A stretch of DNA of 64,000 nt from an uncultured delta proteobacterium (GCA_963840855.1 CAWJBB010000040.1:96001-160000), one strand, 5' to 3'. Numbered from the stretch's first letter, positions 1-9,720 are shown. Numbers and translations: made by a program. The notes: a model not told the origin generated them from the sequence alone.

Positions 1-474
1 GTCTCCCAAATTGACGGCCATCAGTAACCCTTCGCGAAATGATTCGCTGCGGTGAAAGGCCCAAAGGGCGGCTTCCAGCGACTGAACGACATAACCTGTT
101 CCACGAATTACGGGCGGGTTTCGTTTGTTGAATGATCCAGCAGCAACGGCTGCGATCTCTGGAACGAAAGCGTTTTTCTTCCAGTAGTCCTTAATTGGGC
201 AGTAATGATTCCCCAGCAGTTCCTTTTTGCCGGCGCCGTTAATGGCACCTACGATCAGCCCACCGAAATAACGGCAAGCATCCACACATGTGGACGCACC
301 ATGAGTAGTGCGTGAACTCTTGCCGGAAAGCTCGATCGCTTTCTTGGGATCTCGAACAAAGAACAGCGGAGCCGGTGCCAGGCGCATGAGGGATCCGTTG
401 CCCGCGCTGGCAGGATCTGTAGATCCACAGTACGGCTTTCGGGTTTTCTCAAACCGCAACAGAGCCTCCCTCAC
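1..474 (-). pseudogene. ADP-ribosylglycohydrolase (DraG/ARH family), C-terminal half; N-terminus missing, runs off the window edge
   Basis: Manual minus-strand translation: VREALLRFEKTRKPYCGSTDPASAGNGSLMRLAP...SSRTTHG...GTGYVVQSLEAALWAF...GLLMAVNLGD. Family similarity stops abruptly at ~474. Confidence 0.8.
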
Positions 475-754
475 ATCGCAATCGGAGTATGACCAGATTC
501 TAAACGCATTTGGGGCTACGGAGAAAGCATACATTGAATGCGTCGAACACTTGAAAAGTCCGGGTTTCACATACGGGCAAGCGAAAACAGCTGTTCATAA
601 ATATCGCGAGAAAAGGCAATTAGTTCGTCGTCGATACTTTTGAGAGAAGTCATTAGGGTCGAACTTTCTATTCTTGCGAATCTTGACAACTTCGCCTCAC
701 CTCGACTAGAGCGGAATGCACGGTAAGGCGCCCGCGATTGTTTGCGGCTGACGC

Positions 755-945
755 GGTTCAAGGTTCAATTAGGCGCGAGGCAACAGGCAAGAGTGAGAAC
801 CGGAACGTTCAAAAGGTTCAAGCTGTTCAACCGCTCTGCTCCATTCAAGTCGTCATCGGATCAAGGCTCGTTCAAAGGTTCAAGGTAATACGCGGCCAAA
901 TAGCCGCTCCGCTCCCAAGTAGTTCCAGTTGTTCAAGACGTTGCA
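755..945. repeat. Degenerate GTTCAA(R) short-period repeat tract
   Basis: ggttcaaggttcaa, cgttcaaaaggttcaagctgttcaaccg, gttcaaaggttcaagg, gttccagttgttcaag. Confidence 0.75.
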
Positions 946-954
946 ATCGTCAAG

Positions 955-1020
955 ACACTAAAGCAGCGCGATTACCAGGCGTATTTGGACAGGCTCGCAC
1001 GTTATCGTAGGCAATTTGAC
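955..1020 (+). pseudogene. Possible short RAYT (Y1 tyrosine transposase) remnant
   Basis: LKQRDYQAYLDRLARYRRQF resembles the helix that follows the RAYT N-terminal YHV..RGN motif. Confidence 0.35.
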
Positions 1021-1113
1021 GCATGCCCAAAGATAATCGCACAGAGCATGCCAGTTGAGATGTCTTCGAAATGACTATCCGAGTTAGCGGTGCCGAACCA
1101 AAGCCGAGTGTTA

Positions 1114-1437
1114 CTAGATAAGAGCTTCCAATCCCTTACGGTCGAGGAGGTCGAGAAGCTTCAGAGACGGCCCGCTTGGCTGCTTGGCGCCGATCTCCCA
1201 TTGACGCACGGTTGAAAGACTCGTGTTTAAAACCGTCGCCAGTACCGCTTGACTGATACGGTGCCGTTGGCGCAAAGCGCGAATCTTTTTACGCGAGTAG
1301 CGCGGTATCGGAGCGAGACAGAGCGCGTCGTACTCTCGCATTCGACGTTTGCTAATGAATCCGGCCGAATGGAGATCGGCGGCCGTCTCATGAACAGCCT
1401 CTAAAATTCGACTTTTCGCTTGTGTTTTAGTTTTCAT
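1114..1437 (-). CDS. HigA-like XRE/HTH antitoxin
   Basis: MKTKTQAKSRILEAVHETAADLH...ISQAVLATVLNTSLSTVRQWEIGAKQPSGPSLKLL; overlaps the upstream toxin. Confidence 0.9.
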   Translation of the reverse strand: MKTKTQAKSRILEAVHETAADLHSAGFISKRRMREYDALCLAPIPRYSRKKIRALRQRHRISQAVLATVLNTSLSTVRQWEIGAKQPSGPSLKLLDLLDRKGLEALI

Positions 1438-1804
1438 GGCATATCTCCTGCAACGTTTTTGCCGATACAGCGGCCGACAATTCAGACAGTCCGAGTCGGA
1501 GAAGATCAGAAGCAAGAGCTTTGAGCGCGCTTAACTCCTTTGCGTTGATATTGTCTCTATCGTTTTTTTCAAACCCAAATACGAAGAACCACCGATTTAC
1601 ACTGTTCGTTGCAACCAAGGTGCGTGTACTGCCCCTTTTGCCGCGACCCGGCAGCGCCACGCGTTTTTTTATGATTCCGCCGCCAAGATTGGCATCGATC
1701 AACCCTTGCTCCATCTCCTCAACACTCCTGCAAAGCGCCTCAATCGAAAGATCAGTTTTACCGAGCCATCGACTGAACTGACGCGTCATGAAAACTTGCT
1801 TCAT
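1427..1804 (-). CDS. RelE/HigB-family toxin
   Basis: ANLGGGIIKKRVALPGRGKRGSTRT...FGFEKNDRDNI; toxin-first order with an HTH antitoxin. Confidence 0.9.
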   Translation of the reverse strand: MKQVFMTRQFSRWLGKTDLSIEALCRSVEEMEQGLIDANLGGGIIKKRVALPGRGKRGSTRTLVATNSVNRWFFVFGFEKNDRDNINAKELSALKALASDLLRLGLSELSAAVSAKTLQEICHEN

Positions 1805-2499
1805 TATTGGTAATGTATCACTTAGTGAAATAGTTCACAAATCTTGTTTGGGGAGGGGGAAAAGGGGACGCGAACCTTTTCTTCTTGGTTTTCACCGCCG
1901 CGCAAGGAATATCTCGACGCGCGCAAACCGTTGGTGAAGCAGGTTGAAGATTTGGTCAGCAAGCACGGCGCGGGTCACATTTGTATCAGTCGAGAGAATC
2001 TTACCTTGTCGGCCGGGCGGCGTTCTTGACCAAGCTCTGCGCGGATTTCGCCGAATTCTGTCTTAGATTTCTTCGCTGGGCCTCCGTGTCTTTTGAAAAC
2101 GGCTTTCGCAGAAGCCCTATAAACGCCGATCTCGCCCTGTTTGGACCTCTAAGTACCCCTCAAAAAGGGCCGTTTGTGACTCATTCCAAGGAAGGCGTTG
2201 GAGTATTCAGGAAGGTGGAAGAAAATTGACGCGCGCTCGCCGAGCCGAAATAGCTCGTTTACGTCCGCCAAGTCGTAGCGGGTCTCTGCCAAGTCTGCTT
2301 CCGAAATGCGCAAGGCATGGGGTCAGGCATAACGACCATTACAATCTTTGGAATTCCGTCCTTTTTTCCCGCCAAACGGGTCTTTTGCTGTAGGTTGATA
2401 GCCCCGCGCTAATCGTCCATTTCCTTCCCGGCTATTTCTGGCACCGACAACAGGCATGAGGCGTGAGGCAACAGGCAACAGTAAGAAAAGAGGAACAGA

Positions 2500-2764
2500 A
2501 AAGGGGTCGGGAGTCTTTTCTTGACAGTCTAGATACGATGGATGCCATGTCGAAATGCCGCGACGCCCTCGTCTTGCACCTGGTGGCATAGCGTTACCGT
2601 GTCCTAAACCGACGGTCAGTCGGTTGCCGCTGTTCGAAAAACCCGCAGACTATCGTGCCTTTGAGAAAATTCTCAGCGAAGCCATCGAGCGTACCAATAT
2701 ACGGATCGCGGCATATTGTTTAATGCCGAATCGCTGGTATTTGCTGCTTGAGGTGTCCAGATGA
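2500..2764 (+). pseudogene. RAYT (REP-associated tyrosine transposase) N-terminal remnant with upstream end motif
   Basis: MPRRPRLAPGG...LFEKPADYRAFEKIL...AAYCLMPNRWYLLL (HUH motif degenerate); preceded by aaaggggtcgggagtcttttc. Confidence 0.75.
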
Positions 2765-2821
2765 AATGCCGTAGTGATCCATAGGGTGGCTCTCAATTTG
2801 ATAGACAACAGGCAAATAATA

Positions 2822-2866
2822 AGCGTTCAACCGCTATGCTCCGTTCAAGCCGTTCAAAGCGTCAAA
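2822..2866. repeat. GTTCAA short-period repeat tract
   Basis: cgttcaaccgctatgctccgttcaagccgttcaaagcgtcaaa; similar to 825-850 and 9643-9670. Confidence 0.7.
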
Positions 2867-2987
2867 GGGCTCGGTCATTCGATGCGGAAGCCGCTCCAAT
2901 TTTTCCGTCGCACCATGTCTTTCCAAACGTCAATAATGAAAATCTTTGGCTGGTGGAAGTTAAGTAACGTATGTGTTACCATTAGCC

Positions 2988-3317
2988 GTGATTGAGGTTC
3001 GTGAATATGTCTCAGAAGACGGTAGCTCTCCGTACGCGAAGTGGTTTGACAGCCTTAATGCCCAGGCGGCGGCCAAGGTGACAATAGCACTCACGAGAAT
3101 GGCACAGGGCAATTTGTCCAACGCAAAGAGCGTTGGCGGCGGGCTTCAAGAATACCGCATCGACTTCGGGCCGGGTTATCGAATCTACTTTGGTCGGGAT
3201 AGCGATGGTCTAGTGATTTTGCTCGGCGGCGGAACCAAGAAACGCCAACAAAATGACATACGGCGCGCCCAGACGCTGTGGGCCGATTACCGACGCCGAA
3301 AAAAAGAGGAGAACTGA
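2988..3317 (+). CDS. RelE/ParE-like addiction module killer (HI1419/COG3657 type)
   Basis: SPYAKWFDSL...GNLSNAKSVGGGLQEYRIDFGPGYRIYFG...LLGGGTKKRQQNDI. Confidence 0.9.
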   Translation: MIEVREYVSEDGSSPYAKWFDSLNAQAAAKVTIALTRMAQGNLSNAKSVGGGLQEYRIDFGPGYRIYFGRDSDGLVILLGGGTKKRQQNDIRRAQTLWADYRRRKKEEN

Positions 3318-3319
3318 AA

Positions 3320-3634
3320 ATGCCGTTAACTAGAGACTTCAAAGAAACTATTCAGGAACGCGCTCGTCGCGATGCGGCGTTCCGTGAAGCGCTTTTGAAA
3401 GAGGCTGTTGACGCTTTACTCTTGGGAGACGTGGAAACAGGCAAGACTGTTTTGCGTGACTACATCAACGCCACGGTTGGTTTCGAAAAGCTCGCGATCG
3501 TCACCAAGAAGTCGCCGAAGAGCCTTATGCGCATGCTCGGCCCCAAAGGCAATCCTCAGGCTCGCAACTTCTTCGAGATCGTCGCGTACCTGCAAAAAAA
3601 AGAAGGACTGCGCCTGAAAGTGCGTGCGACGTAG
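3320..3634 (+). CDS. Addiction module antidote, HTH (HI1420/COG3636 type)
   Basis: MPLTRDFKETIQERARRDAAFREALL...KSPKSLMRMLGPKGNPQARNFFEI; directly after the toxin. Confidence 0.88.
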   Translation: MPLTRDFKETIQERARRDAAFREALLKEAVDALLLGDVETGKTVLRDYINATVGFEKLAIVTKKSPKSLMRMLGPKGNPQARNFFEIVAYLQKKEGLRLKVRAT

Positions 3635-3662
3635 GAAGGCGCGAGGCGCAGGATTGCGGACG

Positions 3663-3801
3663 AGCTCCTCGGAGCAAAGCTCCGAGGTATCTTTGCGAAA
3701 TTCTCCGAAGCCGTTCCACCCTCCTTCGCCAAGCCTACGGAGGGTTCTCCTCACCTTCATCCTCGCAGCAAGCTGCGAGGTATTCGGCGAAGGAGAATAA
3801 A
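3663..3801 (+). mobile_element. ~137 bp non-autonomous double-hairpin element, copy 1
   Basis: Terminal hairpins CCTCGGAGC-AAA-GCTCCGAGG and CCTCGCAGC-AA-GCTGCGAGG; near-identical to 23037-23173 and 33077-33214. Confidence 0.85.
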
Positions 3802-3841
3802 GCGACTATCGTAATGTGTTGACATCTGGATGAAATGGGAC

Positions 3842-3946
3842 ATGAAAATAGATTCGGAACACATTCGCTTATCGGCAAGTGATCTGAGTAATCACCTGGC
3901 ATGCAATCACCTCACATCTCTGGATCTGAGAGGCGAACGTTCCTGA
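3842..3946 (+). pseudogene. N-terminal stub of a TM0106-type nuclease homologue
   Basis: MKIDSEHIRLSASDLSNHLACNHLTSLDL parallels MRNISDQIVLSATDLSNFLNCRHRTALEL of the next gene. Confidence 0.75.
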
Positions 3947-3973
3947 AAAGGTGCCGAGCCGAACATAGGTAAA

Positions 3974-6900
3974 ATGCGAAACATCTCAGACCAGATCGTT
4001 CTTTCGGCGACGGACCTCTCCAACTTCCTGAACTGCCGACACCGTACGGCACTGGAGCTCGGGGAGGCGTATGGCAAACGGACCCGTCCCTACTTCTACG
4101 ATCCTGTCCTTGAAGCGCTCTTTGCGCGCGGCCTGGAGCACGAGCACCAGTACGTCGAGGCTCTTGAAGGCGCCGGTCGGCGCATCGTCAATCTCGCAGA
4201 GTTCAGGGACAGAACCGAGGCGGTCGCGCGCACGGTGGATGCCATGCGCGCAGGAGCCGACGCTATCGTCCAGGGGGCGCTCGAGGATGGGAATTGGTAC
4301 GGCCGTCCAGACGTTCTGCTGAGGACTGATGTTCCCAGTGCCTTCGGCGCCTGGGCATACGAGGTCGCCGATACGAAGCTCGCGCGCGAGACGCGTGGTG
4401 GGACCATTCTTCAACTCGGGCTCTACTGCGAGATGCTGGCGCGCATTCAGGGCCGCCCGCCCGAGCGTTTCTATGTGGTCACGCCAGACACAGCCGCGCC
4501 CGTTCACGAGTATCGGGTGGACGACTACGCCGCCTATTTTCGCCTGATCCGCGGGCGGCTTGAGGAGACGGTTGGTGAGGACGACGACGTCCTTGCGGCG
4601 GCGAATTACCCAGAGCCCGTGGACCACTGCGACGTTTGCCCATGGTCGAGCGTCTGCAGTCAGAAGCGGCGAACGGACGATCACCTGTCTCTGGTGGCCG
4701 GCATCTCTCGCCTTCAGCGGAGCGAATTGGAGGCGCGCAACATCCCGACGCTTGCGGCACTCGCAGAGATGCCCTTGCCACTGAAATTCAAACCTAAGCG
4801 CGGCGCCGCAGCCACGTTCGAGCGCGTGCGCGAGCAAGCTCGCCTACAGCTCGTCGCCCGAGAGACGCAACAGCCGGTCTTCGAGATAGTCCAGCCAATC
4901 GAGCCGGAGAAAGGCCTGTGCCGGCTGCCGGAGCCGTCGCCTCGCGACCTGTTTCTGGATCTCGAAGGCGACCCATTCGCGGGCGAAGGCGGACGAGAGT
5001 ACCTCTTTGGCGTCGTGAGCCTCGGCGAGAGGGGCGAGCCGGTCTATCGAGCGTTCTGGGCGCAGACCGAGCAGGAGGAACGCGCGGCATTTGACTCGAT
5101 CATGTCCCTCATCATGGCAGCGTGGGCCAGCGATCCCGGCATGCACGTATATCACTACGCGCCATACGAGCCGTCAGCGTTCAAGCGCCTGTCCTGCCGT
5201 TACGCGGTCCGCGAACAGGACGTTGATCGCCTGCTGCGTGCCGGGCGGTTCGTGGATCTCTATCACGTCGTCCGACAGAGCCTGCGGGCCGGGGTGGAGC
5301 GCTACTCCATCAAGAACATGGAGCAGTTCTACGGCTTTACCCGCTCCGTCCCGTTGCTCGACGCAAACCGTAGCCTTCGCGTTATGGAGCAAGCACTGGA
5401 ACTCGGTCGCTTCGACATCGTCACGCCGGAGGTGCGGTCAGCGGTCGAGGGCTACAACGCCGACGACTGTTTATCGACCCTGCGACTGCGCGATTGGCTG
5501 GAAACTGAGCGCACGGGTTTGATTGGCAAAGGCATCGAAATTCCCAGACCGCCTCCGAAGGAAGCGGAAGCCTCGGAAACCCTAAACGAGCGGGAACAGC
5601 GAGTGGCGGCTTTGCGAGAGCGATTGCTCGCTGACGTGCCTGCGGAGAAATCGGAACGCACGCCGGAGCAGTGGTCACGTTGGCGGCTCGCATACCTACT
5701 CGACTGGCATCGCCGAGAAGCCAAGGCTGGCTGGTGGGAGTACTACCGTCTGGTCGAGATGCCGGAGGAAGATCTCTTCGACGAGCCGAGCGCGGTTGCC
5801 GGCCTCGAGTTTGTCGAACGCGTGGAGGTCGTGCTCAACAAGAGGACCGGTAAACCCACGGGTTCGGTCGTCGATCGCTACCGATACCCGCCTCAGGAAA
5901 TGGAGATTCGGGGCGGCGACGACGTGAAGCTGACAGACGGCGCCAAATTTGGTGATGTCGTTCAGGCAGACCGGAGCGCGCGAACGCTGGATGTCCGTAA
6001 AGGAAAGAAGCACGCCGAGACCCATCCGACAGCGCTCTTTGCACACAGTCACGTGTCGACCGAGGTCCTCGAGGATGCGATCTTTCGGACTGGCGAGCGT
6101 GTTGCCACCGGTGCCGACGCAACGCTCGTTCAGCGGCTGCTGCGTGCGGATCCTCCGATGCTTCGTACTGTTCCATTCGTCGCCCGCGATACGGAGTCGG
6201 CGGTGGACTTCGCGGTCCGTATCGCAAGCGAACTCGACAACACGGTGTTGGCTATTCAAGGTCCGCCCGGTGCTGGCAAAACCTTCACGGGCGCGCGAAT
6301 GATTTGCGCGCTCGTTGAGCAGGGAAAGCGTGTGGGCGTCACGGCAACGAGCCATAAGGTCATTCGGAACCTGCTGGACAATATCGCCACGATGTCTGCG
6401 ACGAGTGGCATCCCTACAAGACTGGCGCAGAAGGTCGGTGAGCGGGAGGAAGAATCCAATACCGGCGGCGTGGTAACCGAGGTGGAAGACAACGGGGAAG
6501 CTCTGAGGCTACTCCACGATGGCACGGCCAATATCCTTGGTGGAACCGCTTGGCTTTGGGCCAGGGAGGATTTTGCTGAGGCGGTCGATGTGTTGTTCGT
6601 TGATGAGGCGGGACAGATGTCGCTGGCCAATGTGCTCGCCGTCGCCCAAGCCGCGGGAAGCATCGTATTGCTCGGCGATCCGCAACAGCTCGAGCAGCCC
6701 AAGAAGGGGAGCCACCCCGAAGGCGTAAATGCCTCCGCGCTCCAGCACATTCTTGGCGAACACCAGACCATTCCGGCCGATCGCGGAATCTTCCTGCCGG
6801 TCACTTGGCGCCTCGCGCCGAGTATCTGTGAGTTCACTTCAGAGGTGTTCTACGAACGCCGCCTGACATCGAAGCCTGGCCTGGAAAAGCAGCAACTCAC

Positions 6901-7411
6901 TGGCGGCCCATTCACCGGGAGCGGCTTATGGGTACTCGAGGTGGACCATGACGGCAATCGCAACGCTTCTGACGAAGAGGTGGAGGCAGTCGAGGACATC
7001 GTCACGAAGTTGACGGCTCCGGGCGCACAGTGGATCGATGAGCACGGCGTCGCAAAGCAGACGACTGGCGACGAGATTCTCGTCGTCGCACCCTACAACG
7101 CGCAGGTGAGCCGTCTCTCTGACCGGCTGAAGGATACTGGCGTCAACGTCGGGACGGTAGACAAGTTTCAAGGCCAGCAGGCCCCGGTCGTGATCTACTC
7201 GATGGCGACATCGCGCCCAGAAGAAGCACCGCGTGGTCTCGAGTTTCTCTACAGCCTGAATCGCCTGAACGTCGCAACCTCGCGGGCTCAGTGTGCGGTG
7301 ATTCTTGTGGCAAGCCCACACCTGTTCGTGCCCGACTGTTCCACACCGCGACAGATGAAATTGGCCAACGCATTGTGCCGGTACCGTGAGCTGGCACAGG
7401 TTGTCGTATGA
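3974..7411 (+). CDS. TM0106-family RecB-like nuclease / RNase H-like domain / SF1 (DNA2/UPF1-like) helicase fusion
   Basis: PD-(D/E)xK GRPDVL...EVADTK, QLGLY, Cys cluster HCDVCPWSSVC, FLDLEG, Walker A QGPPGAGKT, DEAGQ, GDPQQL, TVDKFQGQ, NRLNVATSRA. Confidence 0.92.
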   Translation: MRNISDQIVLSATDLSNFLNCRHRTALELGEAYGKRTRPYFYDPVLEALFARGLEHEHQYVEALEGAGRRIVNLAEFRDRTEAVARTVDAMRAGADAIVQGALEDGNWYGRPDVLLRTDVPSAFGAWAYEVADTKLARETRGGTILQLGLYCEMLARIQGRPPERFYVVTPDTAAPVHEYRVDDYAAYFRLIRGRLEETVGEDDDVLAAANYPEPVDHCDVCPWSSVCSQKRRTDDHLSLVAGISRLQRSELEARNIPTLAALAEMPLPLKFKPKRGAAATFERVREQARLQLVARETQQPVFEIVQPIEPEKGLCRLPEPSPRDLFLDLEGDPFAGEGGREYLFGVVSLGERGEPVYRAFWAQTEQEERAAFDSIMSLIMAAWASDPGMHVYHYAPYEPSAFKRLSCRYAVREQDVDRLLRAGRFVDLYHVVRQSLRAGVERYSIKNMEQFYGFTRSVPLLDANRSLRVMEQALELGRFDIVTPEVRSAVEGYNADDCLSTLRLRDWLETERTGLIGKGIEIPRPPPKEAEASETLNEREQRVAALRERLLADVPAEKSERTPEQWSRWRLAYLLDWHRREAKAGWWEYYRLVEMPEEDLFDEPSAVAGLEFVERVEVVLNKRTGKPTGSVVDRYRYPPQEMEIRGGDDVKLTDGAKFGDVVQADRSARTLDVRKGKKHAETHPTALFAHSHVSTEVLEDAIFRTGERVATGADATLVQRLLRADPPMLRTVPFVARDTESAVDFAVRIASELDNTVLAIQGPPGAGKTFTGARMICALVEQGKRVGVTATSHKVIRNLLDNIATMSATSGIPTRLAQKVGEREEESNTGGVVTEVEDNGEALRLLHDGTANILGGTAWLWAREDFAEAVDVLFVDEAGQMSLANVLAVAQAAGSIVLLGDPQQLEQPKKGSHPEGVNASALQHILGEHQTIPADRGIFLPVTWRLAPSICEFTSEVFYERRLTSKPGLEKQQLTGGPFTGSGLWVLEVDHDGNRNASDEEVEAVEDIVTKLTAPGAQWIDEHGVAKQTTGDEILVVAPYNAQVSRLSDRLKDTGVNVGTVDKFQGQQAPVVIYSMATSRPEEAPRGLEFLYSLNRLNVATSRAQCAVILVASPHLFVPDCSTPRQMKLANALCRYRELAQVVV

Positions 7412-7429
7412 TCCATGCGGAAATTAAGG

Positions 7430-7777
7430 GGACAGGCTACTTTTCCCCGTTGCGATTGCACGTTGCAATATGATAGAGGCTGCGCATGCCGAGAATCCCG
7501 TGCGGGCAACAAGCTGGCTTTGTCTATCATGTGATCAACCGAGGAAATGGTCGCGCCAGTATCTTTCATAAAGCTCAAGACTACGATGCCTTCCTTTCAA
7601 TCCTTACCTCGCGAAAGCGCGTCACCCGTTAAAATGTTTGCCAAAGACCTTTTGGCGAAACAGACTGGCAGAAGAACATAGCAAGTCAATTTGGGCTTGA
7701 AAGTACTATACGTCCACGGAGTCGACCGGTGCTAAACGAGGAAGGAGCTGAAATTTGGGAGTAAAAGTAGCCTGTCC
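7430..7777 (+). mobile_element. Internally deleted RAYT element with 15-bp inverted ends
   Basis: GGACAGGCTACTTTT (7430-7444) / AAAAGTAGCCTGTCC (7763-7777); inside, MPRIPCGQQAGFVYHVINRGNGRASIFHKAQDYDAFLSIL followed by the C-terminal RPFGETDWQKNIASQFGLESTIRPRSRP. Confidence 0.8.
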
Positions 7778-7788
7778 TTTTTAAACTC

Positions 7789-7876
7789 CTTAGAAGACCT
7801 GGAGGCCGCCCTGGAACAGTTGGTCGAAATCGCCGCGGACTTGGGTGAAGGACACATGAATGCCAAAGAGAGCTAA
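7789..7876 (+). pseudogene. C-terminal tail of a type I restriction-modification HsdM-like protein
   Basis: LEDLEAALEQLVEIAADLGEG resembles the HsdM C-terminal helix. Confidence 0.5.
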
Positions 7877-7899
7877 GAAGCCGAGCCCATAACCTTGAT

Positions 7900-8253
7900 A
7901 TGAAGATCTATGCATTTGATGTCGATGATACACTGGAAGTTTCCGGTGGTCCGATTAGTATTTTCAGCGTTGGCAGTCTTAAACCCCAAGGGCATATCGT
8001 TGGGCTGAACGGCAACTGGGCGGTGGTAGTTAAAACCGTTCCGCTCTGGCATCGCATTTTCAGTTTCGTTGGGCCCATGGAAATGTCGAAGGATTGCTTT
8101 CTAAACCAGCTAAAAACGTACATCCCGGCAGACGACTACATCATGGTCGGAAACATCAAAGGAGTAAGCGGCGGATCCGATGACGAGGGAGCAGCCAATC
8201 TGGCCGGATGGCGGTTCATCAAAGAGAGCGACTTTGCAGCCGGAGCGCGATAG
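7900..8253 (+). CDS. Minimal HAD-superfamily hydrolase
   Basis: Motif I YAFDVDDTL; C-terminal MVGN...SDDEGAANLAGWRFI; no cap domain. Confidence 0.7.
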   Translation: MKIYAFDVDDTLEVSGGPISIFSVGSLKPQGHIVGLNGNWAVVVKTVPLWHRIFSFVGPMEMSKDCFLNQLKTYIPADDYIMVGNIKGVSGGSDDEGAANLAGWRFIKESDFAAGAR

Positions 8254-8355
8254 AGCGGCGCCAAGGACGATAATCGCACCTAGGTTTGCCCCATGAAAAT
8301 AGTAGCACGAAGCCAAAATGATGCAGCTTTTGAGAGTGTTCTTTTAGGAGGGGCA

Positions 8356-8574
8356 ATGGCGATATTCGAATCATTGGCAAATGCACTGAAAGCCCTCGCA
8401 GTCAGTGATCGGGTTAAGGTTACTCTTCGGCCGGAAACCGGACGGTTTCCAAATCCTATGGAAGGGCAAATCACGCAAAAGGATGCTTCAGGAAGTTTTT
8501 TGTTAGAGTCCGAACAAGGCGTGATCCAGATTAGTGCTGGCGATATCCTCTCCATTACCCGACTACAACGGTAA
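8356..8574 (+). CDS. Small hypothetical protein, possibly Sm/SH3-like beta fold
   Basis: AGGAGG RBS before the ATG at 8356; helix followed by beta-strand pattern. Confidence 0.55.
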   Translation: MAIFESLANALKALAVSDRVKVTLRPETGRFPNPMEGQITQKDASGSFLLESEQGVIQISAGDILSITRLQR

Positions 8575-8705
8575 GTGCCTCCCCCGATAAGCTGGGCCTC
8601 AATGCAAAAAGAGACAAACCGACTCACGAGCCCCGTCCTGCTCATGGCCTTGCTTCTAGGCTTTAGTCAGGCTGTTTCGGCGGCGACATTGTTTCCAAAC
8701 CCGTC

Positions 8706-8782
8706 GAGAAGGGTGCTGGCCCGCTCATAGCGCCGCATGACGATCTCGAGGAGGTCTTCGGCGGCGGTGGCGGGGAGCTTGA
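8706..8782 (-). pseudogene. istB: IS21-family IstB ATPase fragment
   Basis: KLPATAAEDLLEIVMRRYERASTLL. Confidence 0.65.
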
Positions 8783-8785
8783 AGG

Positions 8786-8829
8786 GAAATTAAAGGGGAC
8801 AGGCTACTTTTCCCCGTTGCGATTGCACG
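8786..8829 (+). repeat. Second copy of the RAYT left-end sequence
   Basis: gaaattaaaggggacaggctacttttccccgttgcgattgcacg, a direct repeat of 7420-7462. Confidence 0.85.
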
Positions 8830-8838
8830 GGACCGAGA

Positions 8839-9390
8839 TCAGGGATTCTGGGCTTCTTTGCCGGCCTCATAGCCTTCTTCGTAACCCCGTTTTCTCCCTT
8901 CCTCGTGGCGCTCTTTGTCGCGCTGTTTTAGGGCCTCTTCGTAGCCCTGGGCGTACCCTTCGGAGTAGCCGCGACCGTAGGCGTCGGGCGGAGCCGGAGC
9001 AGAGGGCGGTGGTGGTGCAACCTCATAGGAGTATGAAGGCGGATAATAACCGGAAGCGAAAACGCTGCTTGGTGGATAATAATAAATAAGGGGCCCAGGA
9101 AAATAAAAGGATCGGGGAAGAAAGAACGGATTCAGAACTATTCCAGTAGCCAATCCACCAACGAATGCGGGCCCTACAAAACGTGCGGGAAAACCAGGTC
9201 TGACGAAAGCAACTCTACCAGGAAAACCGCGGCTGACAAAAACAGTTCTGTGGGCAAAACCCGGTCCAACGACAACGGCTCTGTTGGCAAAACCGGGTCT
9301 CACGCCAACGGCTCCGCCTCGCGACCAGGCAAAAGAAGAGCTAGGGATACCGATCAGTGCGATCAGGGCAATTACTCTGACGGCTTTCAT
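8839..9390 (-). CDS. Secreted Pro/Gly/Tyr-rich hypothetical protein with GYxEG repeats
   Basis: Signal peptide MKAVRVIALIALIGIPSSSFA; VRPGF repeats; GYSEGYAQGYEE. Confidence 0.65.
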   Translation of the reverse strand: MKAVRVIALIALIGIPSSSFAWSRGGAVGVRPGFANRAVVVGPGFAHRTVFVSRGFPGRVAFVRPGFPARFVGPAFVGGLATGIVLNPFFLPRSFYFPGPLIYYYPPSSVFASGYYPPSYSYEVAPPPPSAPAPPDAYGRGYSEGYAQGYEEALKQRDKERHEEGRKRGYEEGYEAGKEAQNP

Positions 9391-9624
9391 AAACCATCTC
9401 AGCAACGAAACTCAGGCCCGGCTCCGTCCGGGACCTCCTTTTCTCGAGTCAAATTCAACACATCTTTCAGGTGAAGGCAAGAGCGGGATCTCAGGCCGAA
9501 TTTGCACCCTCGAGAAATCGTAGAGAAACACCCTACTTCGGTTAACGATTGGCCCTGGTCAAGTTGGTGTCGGAATGAGCTAGCCGATTCCTGTCCAGAA
9601 AACTCCGACACAAAACTGAAAGCC

Positions 9625-9720
9625 AGTTCCAATCGTTCCAGACGTTCAACCGCTTCGCTCCGTTCGAAGCCTTGCGGCAATTCAAAGTTCAAGGCTGTCG
9701 GTTGAAGCCGTTCAATTCGC
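9625..9720. repeat. GTTC(A/C)A short-period repeat tract
   Basis: agttccaatcgttccagacgttcaaccgcttcgctccgttcgaag...ttcaaagttcaagg. Confidence 0.7.

Noticed and set aside
3974-4700. Cas4 of a CRISPR-Cas system
   Set aside because: The Cas4/RecB-like domain is part of a TM0106 nuclease-helicase fusion; no cas1/cas2 or array is nearby.
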